Of a stretch of 32,000 nt of DNA, positions 9,799 to 18,725 are shown piece by piece. The notes beneath the pieces are model-generated. The model had not been told where the DNA came from. It saw only the letters and a program-made list of their open reading frames with translations, and ran no database searches. Every line of letters starts with the position of its first letter. Position 1 is the stretch's first letter. Source of the DNA: Methanothermus fervidus DSM 2088 (GTDB taxonomy: Archaea > Methanobacteriota > Methanobacteria > DSM-2088 > Methanothermaceae); contig CP002278.1 of the NCBI GenBank assembly GCA_000166095.1, positions 300,001 through 332,000 on the forward strand, read 5' to 3'. The position numbers and the translations under genes were made by a program.

Positions 9799-10812
9799 TT
9801 ATGTCCCGTTTTTAGTTTTTAATTTAATATATTCACCTATTGCTTCTCTTGTTGTGCCTACCACTGCTCTATATTTTTCTTTACCAATCATTTTCTCTAA
9901 TTTTCCTTTTACAACAATTTTTTCACCATTCTTTGCCTGGCCTGCATAAGTATGTGTAAATGAAACTACTTCATCAATGTTTGCACCAACATCAGGACCC
10001 TTTAAAACCTTCGTATTTTCAACTTTATATACGGCAGGTGTATCAAATGATGCTATATCATCGACAACTGTACATTCAAGCTTTATATCAGCAATTTGTT
10101 TATACTTTATTTCTTCCCATTTACCTTCTATTTCACTCCATTTCCTCGTTGCTAAGACATCAAATAAAGTTCCATCTATCAATCCTCTGTTATTTTTTCT
10201 TCTTTCATACCAGCAAAATTCTTTGAATGATAATGTATTATCTTTTATACGTTTTTTATACACTTTTTTCCAAGTCTTCAAATCTAAATCTCTCAAGCCA
10301 TGATTTTTATTTTTTATTTCTGCAAGTTTTTCTCTAACTATTTTATGATTTTTCAAGCCATAAATAACAAAATCAATATCAGATTTTTTTGGATCATAAA
10401 GTCCTGGTAATATAGAACCAGAGACTCCCATATATTTATATTGAAGTCCTACTTCATCATGAAAAATTTCTGCAAGTTTTATAACTTTTTGGAGCAATTC
10501 CACCTCAGGATTTTCGTTTAAAATTTTCTTTAGTTTTTCATTTGGTTGTAGTATTTTTTTAACCTTTCTTTTAGGAACTGATAACATTTTGATATTATTG
10601 TGATAATAAATGTACTCAGTATTTTCTAGAAGTTCGTAGGCTTCCTTTGAATTTACCTTTGAATATTTTTTGTTGTTTATTTGCCTATCACCATTAGGAT
10701 CTGGAACATATCTTAAAAATGCTATAAATCTATCTTTAGGATGTAAATAAGACACAGTTGCAAAAAAGAGGTCATCTTTCGTGTATATAAAATCACGTGG
10801 TCTAGATCTCAC
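9799..10812 (-). CDS. predicted Pol-beta-superfamily nucleotidyltransferase with C-terminal OB-like domain
   Basis: 337 aa. GTG start with GAAGGTGG SD. NTase signature G-S-x11-D-I-D (GVSGSILPGLYDPKKSDIDFVIYG). The specific function is not recognised. Confidence 0.5.
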   Translation of the reverse strand: MRSRPRDFIYTKDDLFFATVSYLHPKDRFIAFLRYVPDPNGDRQINNKKYSKVNSKEAYELLENTEYIYYHNNIKMLSVPKRKVKKILQPNEKLKKILNENPEVELLQKVIKLAEIFHDEVGLQYKYMGVSGSILPGLYDPKKSDIDFVIYGLKNHKIVREKLAEIKNKNHGLRDLDLKTWKKVYKKRIKDNTLSFKEFCWYERRKNNRGLIDGTLFDVLATRKWSEIEGKWEEIKYKQIADIKLECTVVDDIASFDTPAVYKVENTKVLKGPDVGANIDEVVSFTHTYAGQAKNGEKIVVKGKLEKMIGKEKYRAVVGTTREAIGEYIKLKTKNGT

Positions 10813-11098
10813 CTAACCACCTTCTTTAAGGAAAATTTTATTCGATAAAAATTGTAGAAACTAAAAATCTTATAACCTGTGAACCACCCCTATGGAGCTT
10901 CTATCATGGGGAAATTTTGTCAAAAACTATCTCTCTATAGGAAATAATTCTGAGTAGAGGTTTTTCTTTCAGACAGGTTATTAGACTATCTTTTCCCTTC
11001 GTTTTTATTTTACACATGTCTTCTGATATTCTGCATTTAACTCCTCGAATACTAGGTTTTTTAACTTTATATTAGAAGTGAAAGAATTTACCAAGACT

Positions 11099-11530
11099 TC
11101 ACTGATAAACTTTAAAAATAAGCTGTACTTCATCTTTGTCTATATAGGGTCTGTCAAATGAAATTTTTTTCCCAGTGATATCCATATAGAGCAGAGACAT
11201 CAGATGTACATAGGGACATATATATGGAGTTTTACCTTCTTTTAACATTTCCTGCAAAAATTCACTTAAATAAGGTTTTTTAACAATTAATATAACATTT
11301 TTGTCATTTTCTTTTATTTCAAAACTTTCTGCTAAGTTAAATTTTAAAAATAAATTTTTTAAGTCGCTGATATTCATTTTGTCTTGTATGTAACCATGCC
11401 TTTCAAGAAATTTCTTCATATGTTTTGCGACTGTCATGCCTACAGTTTTTCCACTTTCACCTAATAATTCATATAATGCAGAATTAATGCCATAAAATAG
11501 TGAATTAAGGAATACATGTCTTTTTTCCAT
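11099..11530 (-). CDS. small cytoplasmic protein, unknown function (weak V4R/BchJ-like ligand-binding resemblance)
   Basis: 143-aa ORF with no signal peptide. Its start overlaps the stop of the upstream small ORF (TAATG). The V4R-like call is a weak pattern impression only. Confidence 0.5.
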   Translation of the reverse strand: MEKRHVFLNSLFYGINSALYELLGESGKTVGMTVAKHMKKFLERHGYIQDKMNISDLKNLFLKFNLAESFEIKENDKNVILIVKKPYLSEFLQEMLKEGKTPYICPYVHLMSLLYMDITGKKISFDRPYIDKDEVQLIFKVYQ

Positions 11531-11830
11531 TATTTCACCTCTACTTTTATTCCGCCAATTTTGGGTGATAAGTAATTGTAGATTACTGCTGCCAATCCAG
11601 AAATTATGAATCCGACTATAAATCCAATTACAGGTGCACTGAGTATCCCAACAATCATTGCATTATAATTAATTGCATAAGGCATTGGCATCATTGACAG
11701 ATGTATAAAGAATAGAAGACCAAATAACAGTAATTATCAAATTTATTATAGCTGAAATACATGCGATTATTATTGCAAAAGGTATAACACGTATTTTTCT
11801 TATCTCTTTAACTTTCTTTTCTTCTTCCAT
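11530..11830 (-). pseudogene. small two-TM membrane protein gene split into two overlapping frames (53 + 54 codons); either a frameshifted gene or two mini-ORFs
   Basis: ORF A 11669-11830: MEEEKKVKEIRKIRVIPFAIIIACISAIINLIITVIWSSILYTSVNDANALCN*, with GGTGA SD. ORF B 11530-11694: MMPMPYAINYNAMIVGILSAPVIGFIVGFIISGLAAVIYNYLSPKIGGIKVEVK*. Different frames with a 26-nt overlap. Neither is in the track (below its size cut-off). Confidence 0.4.
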
Positions 11831-11898
11831 TTATTTCACCAAAATTTTTTAAAGGCTTTTTTGTTTAATTTTATATAAATAACTTTTCTTTTTAACTT

Positions 11899-11919
11899 TT
11901 TAAAATGAAAAATAAAAGA
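11899..11919 (-). terminator. oligo-T archaeal terminator candidate after the CobN-like gene
   Basis: The minus strand reads TCTTTTATTTTTCATTTTA directly after the TAG stop (11920-11922). Confidence 0.3.
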
Positions 11920-14900
11920 CTATTGCTCAGGCCTTCTCAATAGATATCCTACCGCCATCAATGCAATCAATATTATAACTCCGATTATTCCTGCAAATGG
12001 CACTGATGATGGACTTCCAATTCCTTTAGACACTGGTGTAATCTCATATGCTTTACCTGCTGCAGCACCTGTAATTCCTGCTTTACCTGTAGCACCTGAT
12101 TCTGATGAGGATTTACTTGCAGCTCCAGAAGCTTGAGCTGCTCCTCTTGCACCAACTTCACCACCAACTCTACCTGAAGGACCTGAAATTCCTGGTGAAA
12201 CTCCCCTTGTTGCTGCAGTTCCAATTCCTACTCTTCCTAATGCAGTTGGAGCTCCTAGTTGTGATGGTGCTCCTGGAATTGAAGGTTGTGGTGTAGTTGT
12301 TGGAATTCCAGGGACTGAAGGTTGTGGTGTTGTTGGAGCTCCTGGGATTGAAGGAGCAAATGCAGCATTTTTTGTTGCTATATATAGCTGAGATCTTACT
12401 GAATTTAATAGATTTGGATTTACATAGTTTAATGCCCATCTTATCATAGCTATATTTCCACAACTGCAATCACAGCATGCTGGTCCATATCTGGCTATTA
12501 GAGCTGCCCATCTATTTGCAATTAATCTAAGAGTTTCTGTAGATGGATGCCAGAAGCCTTTGTGGGCTGCTGTAAGTAATGTACCTATGATGCTTATCAT
12601 TGCATATGCTCTATTTCCAGTTGATAGCCATTGTGATACTCCAATGTTGTATTTGTCTTTCACATATACATCTACAATTTCATTCCACATCCAATCTTGG
12701 ACTAGGTGAGGCGTTGTTACTTGAGATAACCAAAGGTTTGAGACAAATTTACGGCTGAAGTATCTGCCAGTTGGATCTGTTTTCATCATTCCTGTTATCC
12801 ATGAAGGATTAAAGTAACGTGTTGCCATCTCTTTAACCATAAATTGTTGTAAATCAAATACCTTTGGGTTATTTCTGTTTGCATAACTTAAAACCATTAT
12901 TGTTGGTGGAGATTTATTTATTCTTTCTATTGCCATTGAAAGTCCGCCCCAATAATCAAAGAAATCATCATTGTCAAGAACTCCATAAAGGTTTGTGTTT
13001 CTACTTGTATATACTATTGACACTCCACTTAATGCTCTCTTAAATACTTCTGGATTGTTAACTCCCCATTTCGTGCTTGAGTAAATATTACTCATTCTAT
13101 TTATGTAAAAATCTGCGAGCTGTGTCCTATTACTCCATGTCCATGCCATTTCAACAGATTTTGATATACCAGCCCCATAATCATTTTCTGGTGGTGCAAA
13201 TATTCGAGATATTGCAAGTTCTCCAGCTTCTTCTGGAGTCATGTTAAGGGACAGGTAATATGCAAAATCTTTCACCCAGTGTTTTGCTATATAATTATCA
13301 TTTAATGATTCGGATCCTAATCCATAAAATCCTACAGGTGTCAATACATAATCTAGAGCTTTTTTTAGTTTTTCACCATATTTCTTTTTAAGTGTTTCAT
13401 TATTAAGTATTGTATAATATGCTGCTGCAAGAGCCAATCTAAATGCTTTATCTAATATTCCAACTTGTCTACTGTACAAATCTCTAAATAAACCGGTTGT
13501 AACTATAACTACGTCAATTCTTTTCTTTGGCCATCCTTCTGGCCTAACAAGATCTTTTAATTCTACAAGTCTTGGAATTTCTTTGACTTTAGCGCCTCCA
13601 ACACCAGCACTTGGAGAGCTTGACCATTCTGGCTTTGCTCCAATAAGATGAAGTACCATTGATATTAATGCTCCATCATCACGTGCAGTTTCTGTACAAA
13701 AAATTCCTACAGCTATCTTTTCGACTTTACTTGCTTCTTCAATAACTTTTCTTTTTTGATTGGGTTTAAGTTTTGTAAATTTCTTTTTATAGAGTTTTTC
13801 TGAAATTTTTTCTGCTAAACCTTCAAGTGTTTGCATTGCTAATATTTTACCATATTCAACAGCTTTTTTAGTTGGTATTTCTTCCGCCTGATTTTGGAAA
13901 AAGTTTCTTCCCGTTGGTAACACGTCTGGATTAACTACTGGATCATTTCCAGGCCCTGGTGGTATAAAACCACAATTTAACGCATTTAACAGTGCTTTTA
14001 TTTCATTTTCAATGCTTTCTTTTATTAGGTTTACATATTTCAATGCTTCTTCAAGAACTTTTTTTAATCCCTCTGTTGGGTTTGAAGTTAAATTATTTAC
14101 TGTTGATTCAAGACCATTTCTAATTAAATTTCTAACTACTTCAATACATTTTTTGTTTATTTCTTCTTTTTGTGTAAATGTAAGGTTGTTGTATTTTTTT
14201 CCACAAATAAGCATTGATATTTCATCTTGTAAAGTTGTTTCAACCTTAGGTGAAATTTCGATAGGTATTGAAAGTATTGAAGTAACTAACATTGCAATCT
14301 CATCATCTGTCCAATTTTTACCAATGGCATGTAAACCATAAGGATAAAGTGTATTTTGTAGGGATGTTAAATAATCTTCAATTGCATCTACAAATTCATC
14401 ATCCTTTAATTCATCCAATCTTTTTCCAATGTAAGCCTCAATTATTTTTGTAAAGTTATTATTCTTGATGACTTCTTTCATTTTAGCTATAATTTGTGGT
14501 TTTACCGATGGATCTGCACCATCGTATTGGCTTACTAAAGATGCTAGTTCTCCATAACCCCCATATAATTCAGTGAATGACATTGGAGGAGTTAAATGAT
14601 CTATCATAACTGCTGATCCTCTTCTTTTAGCTTGAATACCTTCTGCAAGTCCATCCACAATATAGTAGTAAATTTGTGGCGTGCTTCCAACAACAACTTT
14701 TGGAAAGTCATATGGTGCAAGCAATACTTCTTTTCCTGGTAGCCATTCATAAGTAGCGTGTCTTCCAAGATGTACCATTGCATGAGTGTTTTCTTGGAGA
14801 TATAAATATGCTGCAAGATATTGGTGTGGTGGAGCTACAACCATACTATGGTATAATTTGTTGATATCTCCTTCCCATCCACGTTGAGGTTCTGGACAAA

Positions 14901-16947
14901 CAAAAATGTTACCAAACCATATTCCAGGAATAACAAAATATTTTGTGCCATTTTTTTCTATTGTCATTACATTTCCTGGTGGTTCACCCCATCCACAAAT
15001 TCCTGGAACTTTAAGAGAAAGAAATCGTTTTTTATAATCCATAAATTCTTGATAATAACTTTCGTTTTGGGTTAAAAGATATTCTTTTAAAATATTTACT
15101 ATCTTATCTAGTAAAGGTAACACATCTTTGGTTCTATTTTCTGGTAACAATGATACTAACCCTTGGTACCATGAATCTAATCTATCAAACATTTCTTGTG
15201 TATAATTCAATTCTACAGCTTTTCTACATAATTCTCCAATATATCCTACAGGACCTTCAATAACTTGAAGTTTTGTAATATTATCTAATTTTGAGAACCA
15301 TTCTATATATTTATCAACTGGGTAAAGAATTGCACCATTTTCTACCAGCTTTTCAAGCTCTCCTGGTGCCCATGGCGCAATATTAATAGCTTTTTTCAAT
15401 ATCAAATCAAGCAATTCTGTTGTATTTGTAGGAATGTTTTCAACTTTATATCCATTTTCTTTAAGAATATGAAGTAGATTATAAATGCTTGTTATAGTGT
15501 TAAGATAACTTGACCCTATGTTGCTTTTACCTGGTGGATAATTGTAGTAGATTAAAGCAATTTTTTTCTCAGAGTTAGGCATTCTTTTTAAAAGTATCCA
15601 ATTTTTTATTGTGTCTGCTAAAAGCTCAATATTTTTGTCTATCACCTTGTAATCACTGAAAACTAAGCCTGTGATGGGATCTTTACTAGGAGGTGCAAGC
15701 GTTGCAACTATTGTTGGATTTATAATCCCTTGTGCCTCTGGAACTGCTATATGCCACCATTTGTCACCTGTAAGATACCTAATCCCTTGTGAACTAATTT
15801 CCCATTGTTCTGCACTTATATAATCAGAATGTATTGCTCTAAAAACAGGTACATTCAATATTTCAAAAAATTTAATTACGTCTGTAAAATTATCACCGCC
15901 TAAACCAAAGGCTGGCATGCTTATTATAGCATCAACATAAACCTTATACTTAGATGGGTTTGCAAAGAAACTTTCAACATTAGGAGCATCTGTAAATGAT
16001 TCTACCATAACTTTTAACTGATCTGGTGTAGCACCATATGCTACTACTGGTATGACATTTATATTCCGCTTTTCTAGTGCATCGATGAGTGCATAATAAG
16101 GTCCTAATTGTTGAGAACCTACATACATTGTACTTTCAATAATACCAACACATCCGATGGCACTTGTTTTAAAGTAATGTTGTGCATAAACTGTGAGATT
16201 ATCATACCATCCATAGCGGTATATACCATAAATTTTTTCACCAGAAGAAGTTTTAGCCCAGTCAGGTTCGTGCCATTCTACTGAAAATCCTAACCTATTC
16301 AATGCCCATAATATTTGTTCTTTGAGTGCCAAAACATTGTTTAAATCTTTATATAAAACAGCCCTATTGAAATCTTCAGGAGATTTTATAGATGAAAGGT
16401 AATTTTTAACATAATCGTATGATAAACCTCTTTTGGTGTTTTGATACAAGTTATATAATTCTTCGTCTGAAAAATTTTCTAAGAGATATTTTCCTTTGAT
16501 GTTTGAATATCTCATCAAATTAATATACCCTGGAGCAGGTTCAAGAATTAGAAATATTCCATCTTTTTTATTTGTTATTTGTTTATTTTTTGAAAATATT
16601 TCTTGTAAGCGCTTTGACACTGAGTCACTGATCCATTCTCCAATAAATATTTTAGAATTAGAAATCAAATTAACAAATTCATCGTCTTGGATTTTTTCGA
16701 TCTGAGAGCAACTCCTTACTTGAAATTGTACGTTGTTAGTTAGGGTAGTGTTATTTTTTATTAATTCATGTACAGCTTGGTTGGCTATTATAGCTCCTTG
16801 ATTATCACTTAAAATAACTACTGTAATTTTATCTCTACTTGAGTTATTAAAATCTGTTGTATTTAATGCATATACATGCGTAGAGTTAGCTGAAATAAAA
16901 ATTATAAAAGAGATAATAATTATTGACATGAATATAATATTTCGCAT
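11920..16947 (-). CDS. CobN/ChlH-family chelatase-like protein with signal peptide, Pro/Thr linker, Gly/Ala/Ser stalk and C-terminal membrane anchor (predicted cell-surface)
   Basis: 1675 aa. CobN hallmarks HATYEWLPGK, YPYGLHAIG, PPGPGNDPVVNPDVLPTGRNF, DNDDFFDYWGG. N-terminal MRNIIFMSIIIISFIIFISANSTHVYA. Many N-x-S/T sequons. C-terminus ...PFAGIIGVIILIALMAVGYLLRRPEQ. Confidence 0.85.
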   Translation of the reverse strand: MRNIIFMSIIIISFIIFISANSTHVYALNTTDFNNSSRDKITVVILSDNQGAIIANQAVHELIKNNTTLTNNVQFQVRSCSQIEKIQDDEFVNLISNSKIFIGEWISDSVSKRLQEIFSKNKQITNKKDGIFLILEPAPGYINLMRYSNIKGKYLLENFSDEELYNLYQNTKRGLSYDYVKNYLSSIKSPEDFNRAVLYKDLNNVLALKEQILWALNRLGFSVEWHEPDWAKTSSGEKIYGIYRYGWYDNLTVYAQHYFKTSAIGCVGIIESTMYVGSQQLGPYYALIDALEKRNINVIPVVAYGATPDQLKVMVESFTDAPNVESFFANPSKYKVYVDAIISMPAFGLGGDNFTDVIKFFEILNVPVFRAIHSDYISAEQWEISSQGIRYLTGDKWWHIAVPEAQGIINPTIVATLAPPSKDPITGLVFSDYKVIDKNIELLADTIKNWILLKRMPNSEKKIALIYYNYPPGKSNIGSSYLNTITSIYNLLHILKENGYKVENIPTNTTELLDLILKKAINIAPWAPGELEKLVENGAILYPVDKYIEWFSKLDNITKLQVIEGPVGYIGELCRKAVELNYTQEMFDRLDSWYQGLVSLLPENRTKDVLPLLDKIVNILKEYLLTQNESYYQEFMDYKKRFLSLKVPGICGWGEPPGNVMTIEKNGTKYFVIPGIWFGNIFVCPEPQRGWEGDINKLYHSMVVAPPHQYLAAYLYLQENTHAMVHLGRHATYEWLPGKEVLLAPYDFPKVVVGSTPQIYYYIVDGLAEGIQAKRRGSAVMIDHLTPPMSFTELYGGYGELASLVSQYDGADPSVKPQIIAKMKEVIKNNNFTKIIEAYIGKRLDELKDDEFVDAIEDYLTSLQNTLYPYGLHAIGKNWTDDEIAMLVTSILSIPIEISPKVETTLQDEISMLICGKKYNNLTFTQKEEINKKCIEVVRNLIRNGLESTVNNLTSNPTEGLKKVLEEALKYVNLIKESIENEIKALLNALNCGFIPPGPGNDPVVNPDVLPTGRNFFQNQAEEIPTKKAVEYGKILAMQTLEGLAEKISEKLYKKKFTKLKPNQKRKVIEEASKVEKIAVGIFCTETARDDGALISMVLHLIGAKPEWSSSPSAGVGGAKVKEIPRLVELKDLVRPEGWPKKRIDVVIVTTGLFRDLYSRQVGILDKAFRLALAAAYYTILNNETLKKKYGEKLKKALDYVLTPVGFYGLGSESLNDNYIAKHWVKDFAYYLSLNMTPEEAGELAISRIFAPPENDYGAGISKSVEMAWTWSNRTQLADFYINRMSNIYSSTKWGVNNPEVFKRALSGVSIVYTSRNTNLYGVLDNDDFFDYWGGLSMAIERINKSPPTIMVLSYANRNNPKVFDLQQFMVKEMATRYFNPSWITGMMKTDPTGRYFSRKFVSNLWLSQVTTPHLVQDWMWNEIVDVYVKDKYNIGVSQWLSTGNRAYAMISIIGTLLTAAHKGFWHPSTETLRLIANRWAALIARYGPACCDCSCGNIAMIRWALNYVNPNLLNSVRSQLYIATKNAAFAPSIPGAPTTPQPSVPGIPTTTPQPSIPGAPSQLGAPTALGRVGIGTAATRGVSPGISGPSGRVGGEVGARGAAQASGAASKSSSESGATGKAGITGAAAGKAYEITPVSKGIGSPSSVPFAGIIGVIILIALMAVGYLLRRPEQ
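12241..12357 (-). repeat. imperfect 33-36-nt tandem repeats encoding the PS(I/V)PG(A/I)PTT(T)PQ linker of the CobN-like protein
   Basis: Units 12266-12301 and 12302-12334, partial units 12248-12265 and 12335-12357. Locally GC-richer than the rest of the window. Confidence 0.7.
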
Positions 16948-16992
16948 ATAAATTTACTCTCCCAATTTTTTTGATTTAGTTATTATAGCCTA

Positions 16993-17040
16993 AAAAAATA
17001 AATTTTTCCCTAAAAAACAAAAAATTTAAAAAAATAAAAA
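16993..17040 (-). terminator. strong oligo-T terminator candidate after the 437-aa secreted protein gene
   Basis: The minus strand downstream of the stop (17045) reads TGATTCTTTTTTATTTTTTTAAATTTTTTGTTTTTT, four T6-T7 runs. Confidence 0.4.
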
Positions 17041-17044
17041 AGAA

Positions 17045-18358
17045 TCACCAAACATCAGCATATCCTTCTTCTTTCCCTGTATATCTAGCTATATACCTAA
17101 ATTCTCCCCTTGGAGCTATGTATTTACTTATCTCCCTCATCTGTGGATTCAATCCCTCAATTTCATATTTTATTCTTAGATTTAATGGAATTCTATATCT
17201 TGATGGATTTTTGACAATCATTGTTCCAGATACTGCATATTTAAATGGATATTTACCTAACTCTATTGTTTTTGTTTCATTTGGCTTTAGAGTTATTGTT
17301 AATTCTCTATAGCTGACTTTAGTTCCATTAACTGGATTTGTGTAGATTGAGATGTAATATTTTATGGTTATTGTTGATTTTCCTAAGTTTGTTAGGGTTA
17401 TTGTGAAGGTTTTGTTTCCAGAATATTTTGCTGATAATCCTGCAAGTATTATCTTATAAAATTTTCCTGTTCTATTATATGTTAATATGTTTTCACCAGT
17501 CTTATTGAAGTAGTTAGTTACGTCCCAGACATTGTATCCTGCATAATCAGCTGTAGTTTGGCCCCCAGGAAGTATAACATCATTGAATGTATACATTCCA
17601 TCTTGACTTGCAGCATGCACAACTGTAAGTGTAGCATTCTCTATTTTTTCTCTAATATTTGCTATAAATTTTGTTTTGCCTATGTAATTATTATCTTTAT
17701 AACTTACAACGTCATGTCCTAGATTGATCCAATATTCAGTAATGTTCGTGCTGTTTGGAATGTCATATGCAACAACAAGTGTTATTAATTTTATTCTGCC
17801 ATCACGAGATCCAGTGGTGTTTATTAGTGCAGTATTATATCCTGCTGTTGTAAGACTAGTTACATCATACCACATTAGATAATCACTTGTTACTCTCATT
17901 GTATGGTTGTTGACCATTAAGTAAGGATCATTGTCATGACCAGGGCCAAGAATTGCTGTATTATTGTTTCCAGCGGGTGGATAAGTGTAAGTTGTATTGA
18001 GGAATTGACTATCTAGCAATTTTCCATTGTAAGTTACATTAACATATGTTTCCTTAGCTTCTTGCATGTGTCCAGAATATACTAGAACATAAAGTGTTGC
18101 ATTTTTTACAATAGCATTTTCAGGCAATGGTTTAAATTTATAGTAAACATAGGCATTTCCTATACTTTGATTTGCACTTTCTGCATTCCCTGTGAACCCT
18201 AAATAACTGTCTATATAAAGCCCACCAGTCACCTTTCCATGTTTAACAGTTTCTAGTGGTTTGCCACCATAATAAGAGTCAGCATATGTCAACCCTGGTA
18301 ACATAAACAATGCAACCACTATGAGACCCAATATATAAATTTTCTTAATATTTTTCAC
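17045..18358 (-). CDS. secreted beta-rich protein (DUF3344-like body + C-terminal Ig/CARDB-like domain), probably glycosylated
   Basis: 437 aa. Signal peptide [26 protein letters not shown]. Many N-x-S/T sequons. [13 protein letters not shown]-type motif and repeated NATLYV / NATLTV segments resemble DUF3344 as I remember it. The tail [17 protein letters not shown] looks CARDB-like. Confidence 0.55.
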   Translation of the reverse strand: MKNIKKIYILGLIVVALFMLPGLTYADSYYGGKPLETVKHGKVTGGLYIDSYLGFTGNAESANQSIGNAYVYYKFKPLPENAIVKNATLYVLVYSGHMQEAKETYVNVTYNGKLLDSQFLNTTYTYPPAGNNNTAILGPGHDNDPYLMVNNHTMRVTSDYLMWYDVTSLTTAGYNTALINTTGSRDGRIKLITLVVAYDIPNSTNITEYWINLGHDVVSYKDNNYIGKTKFIANIREKIENATLTVVHAASQDGMYTFNDVILPGGQTTADYAGYNVWDVTNYFNKTGENILTYNRTGKFYKIILAGLSAKYSGNKTFTITLTNLGKSTITIKYYISIYTNPVNGTKVSYRELTITLKPNETKTIELGKYPFKYAVSGTMIVKNPSRYRIPLNLRIKYEIEGLNPQMREISKYIAPRGEFRYIARYTGKEEGYADVW

Positions 18359-18452
18359 CTCCTTTATTTTAATTACAATTTTTTTATTTGTATTACTACA
18401 AAATTATTTTTTTGGTTTTGAAACAATAAAAAAATCAAAAAATGTAGGAAGT
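18359..18452. promoter_or_regulatory. divergent AT-rich promoter region
   Basis: 94-nt gap between divergent genes, made of A/T runs. No motif could be assigned confidently. Confidence 0.3.
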
Positions 18453-18458
18453 GTGGAA

Positions 18459-18722
18459 ATGCAAAAAAATTTGTTAATTGTGATATCAGGGGTTATGTTA
18501 TTAGGCATGTTTGTTAGTTTTATAATAATGTTTTTAGAGCCACAACAGATCCCAACAATAAAAATTGTTGAAAATAAAACCAATAATACATCTACATCTA
18601 TCCCACAATATCAACAAAATGATAAATACCAATCATATTATAAAGGTGGAGAAAACGATACATATATACCAAAATCAAAAGTGAATGTAGAATACAATTC
18701 TACTAATAAAACAGGAGGGTAA
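18459..18722 (+). CDS. small N-terminally anchored membrane protein with Asn/Gln-rich exposed tail
   Basis: ATG 18459 has a TAGGAAG SD 7 nt upstream; the track's GTG at 18453 is less likely. One TM segment (LLIVISGVMLLGMFVSFIIMFL). Sequons NKT, NNT, NDT, NST, NKT. Confidence 0.5.
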   Translation: MQKNLLIVISGVMLLGMFVSFIIMFLEPQQIPTIKIVENKTNNTSTSIPQYQQNDKYQSYYKGGENDTYIPKSKVNVEYNSTNKTGG

Positions 18723-18725
18723 TAT

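Noticed and set aside
10813-11098. An unusually long (286 nt) intergenic region. It holds a 9-bp long-range inverted repeat (ATAACCTGT 10872-10880 / ACAGGTTAT 10973-10981) and small internal hairpins (e.g. CCCC(U)AUG...CAUGGGG), raising the possibility of a riboswitch or sRNA.
   Set aside because: The stems are short and AT-rich, which is implausibly weak for a structured RNA if the host is thermophilic. A single 9-mer inverted repeat in this span is not far from chance in AT-rich DNA. I found no C/D, H/ACA, tRNA or known riboswitch signature and no credible small ORF. It most likely contains the terminator of the 143-aa gene and the promoter/5' UTR of the NTase-ferredoxin-hisB unit.
11985-12469. 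Several 60-100-aa ORFs on both strands in the GC-richer tail of the CobN-like gene.
   Set aside because: They arise from the repetitive Pro/Gly/Ala codon tract, which is open in several frames. The CobN frame is continuous and ends in a coherent linker, stalk and TM architecture.
12781-14400. Isolated AUGAUGA/UGAUGA matches inside coding regions (e.g. near 12785, 12965, 13676, 14311 and 14392, and elsewhere in atwA, rad50 and radical SAM) as possible additional C/D sRNAs.
   Set aside because: Each is explained by Asp/Glu/Met codons (DDE, MMK and similar). None has a CUGA box at the required ~12-nt spacing, nor a second C'/D pair.
18453-18458. GTG at 18453 as the start of the small membrane protein, as given in the track.
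   Set aside because: ATG at 18459 has better spacing to the TAGGAAG SD-like element, and the two extra codons add nothing recognisable. The choice remains uncertain.
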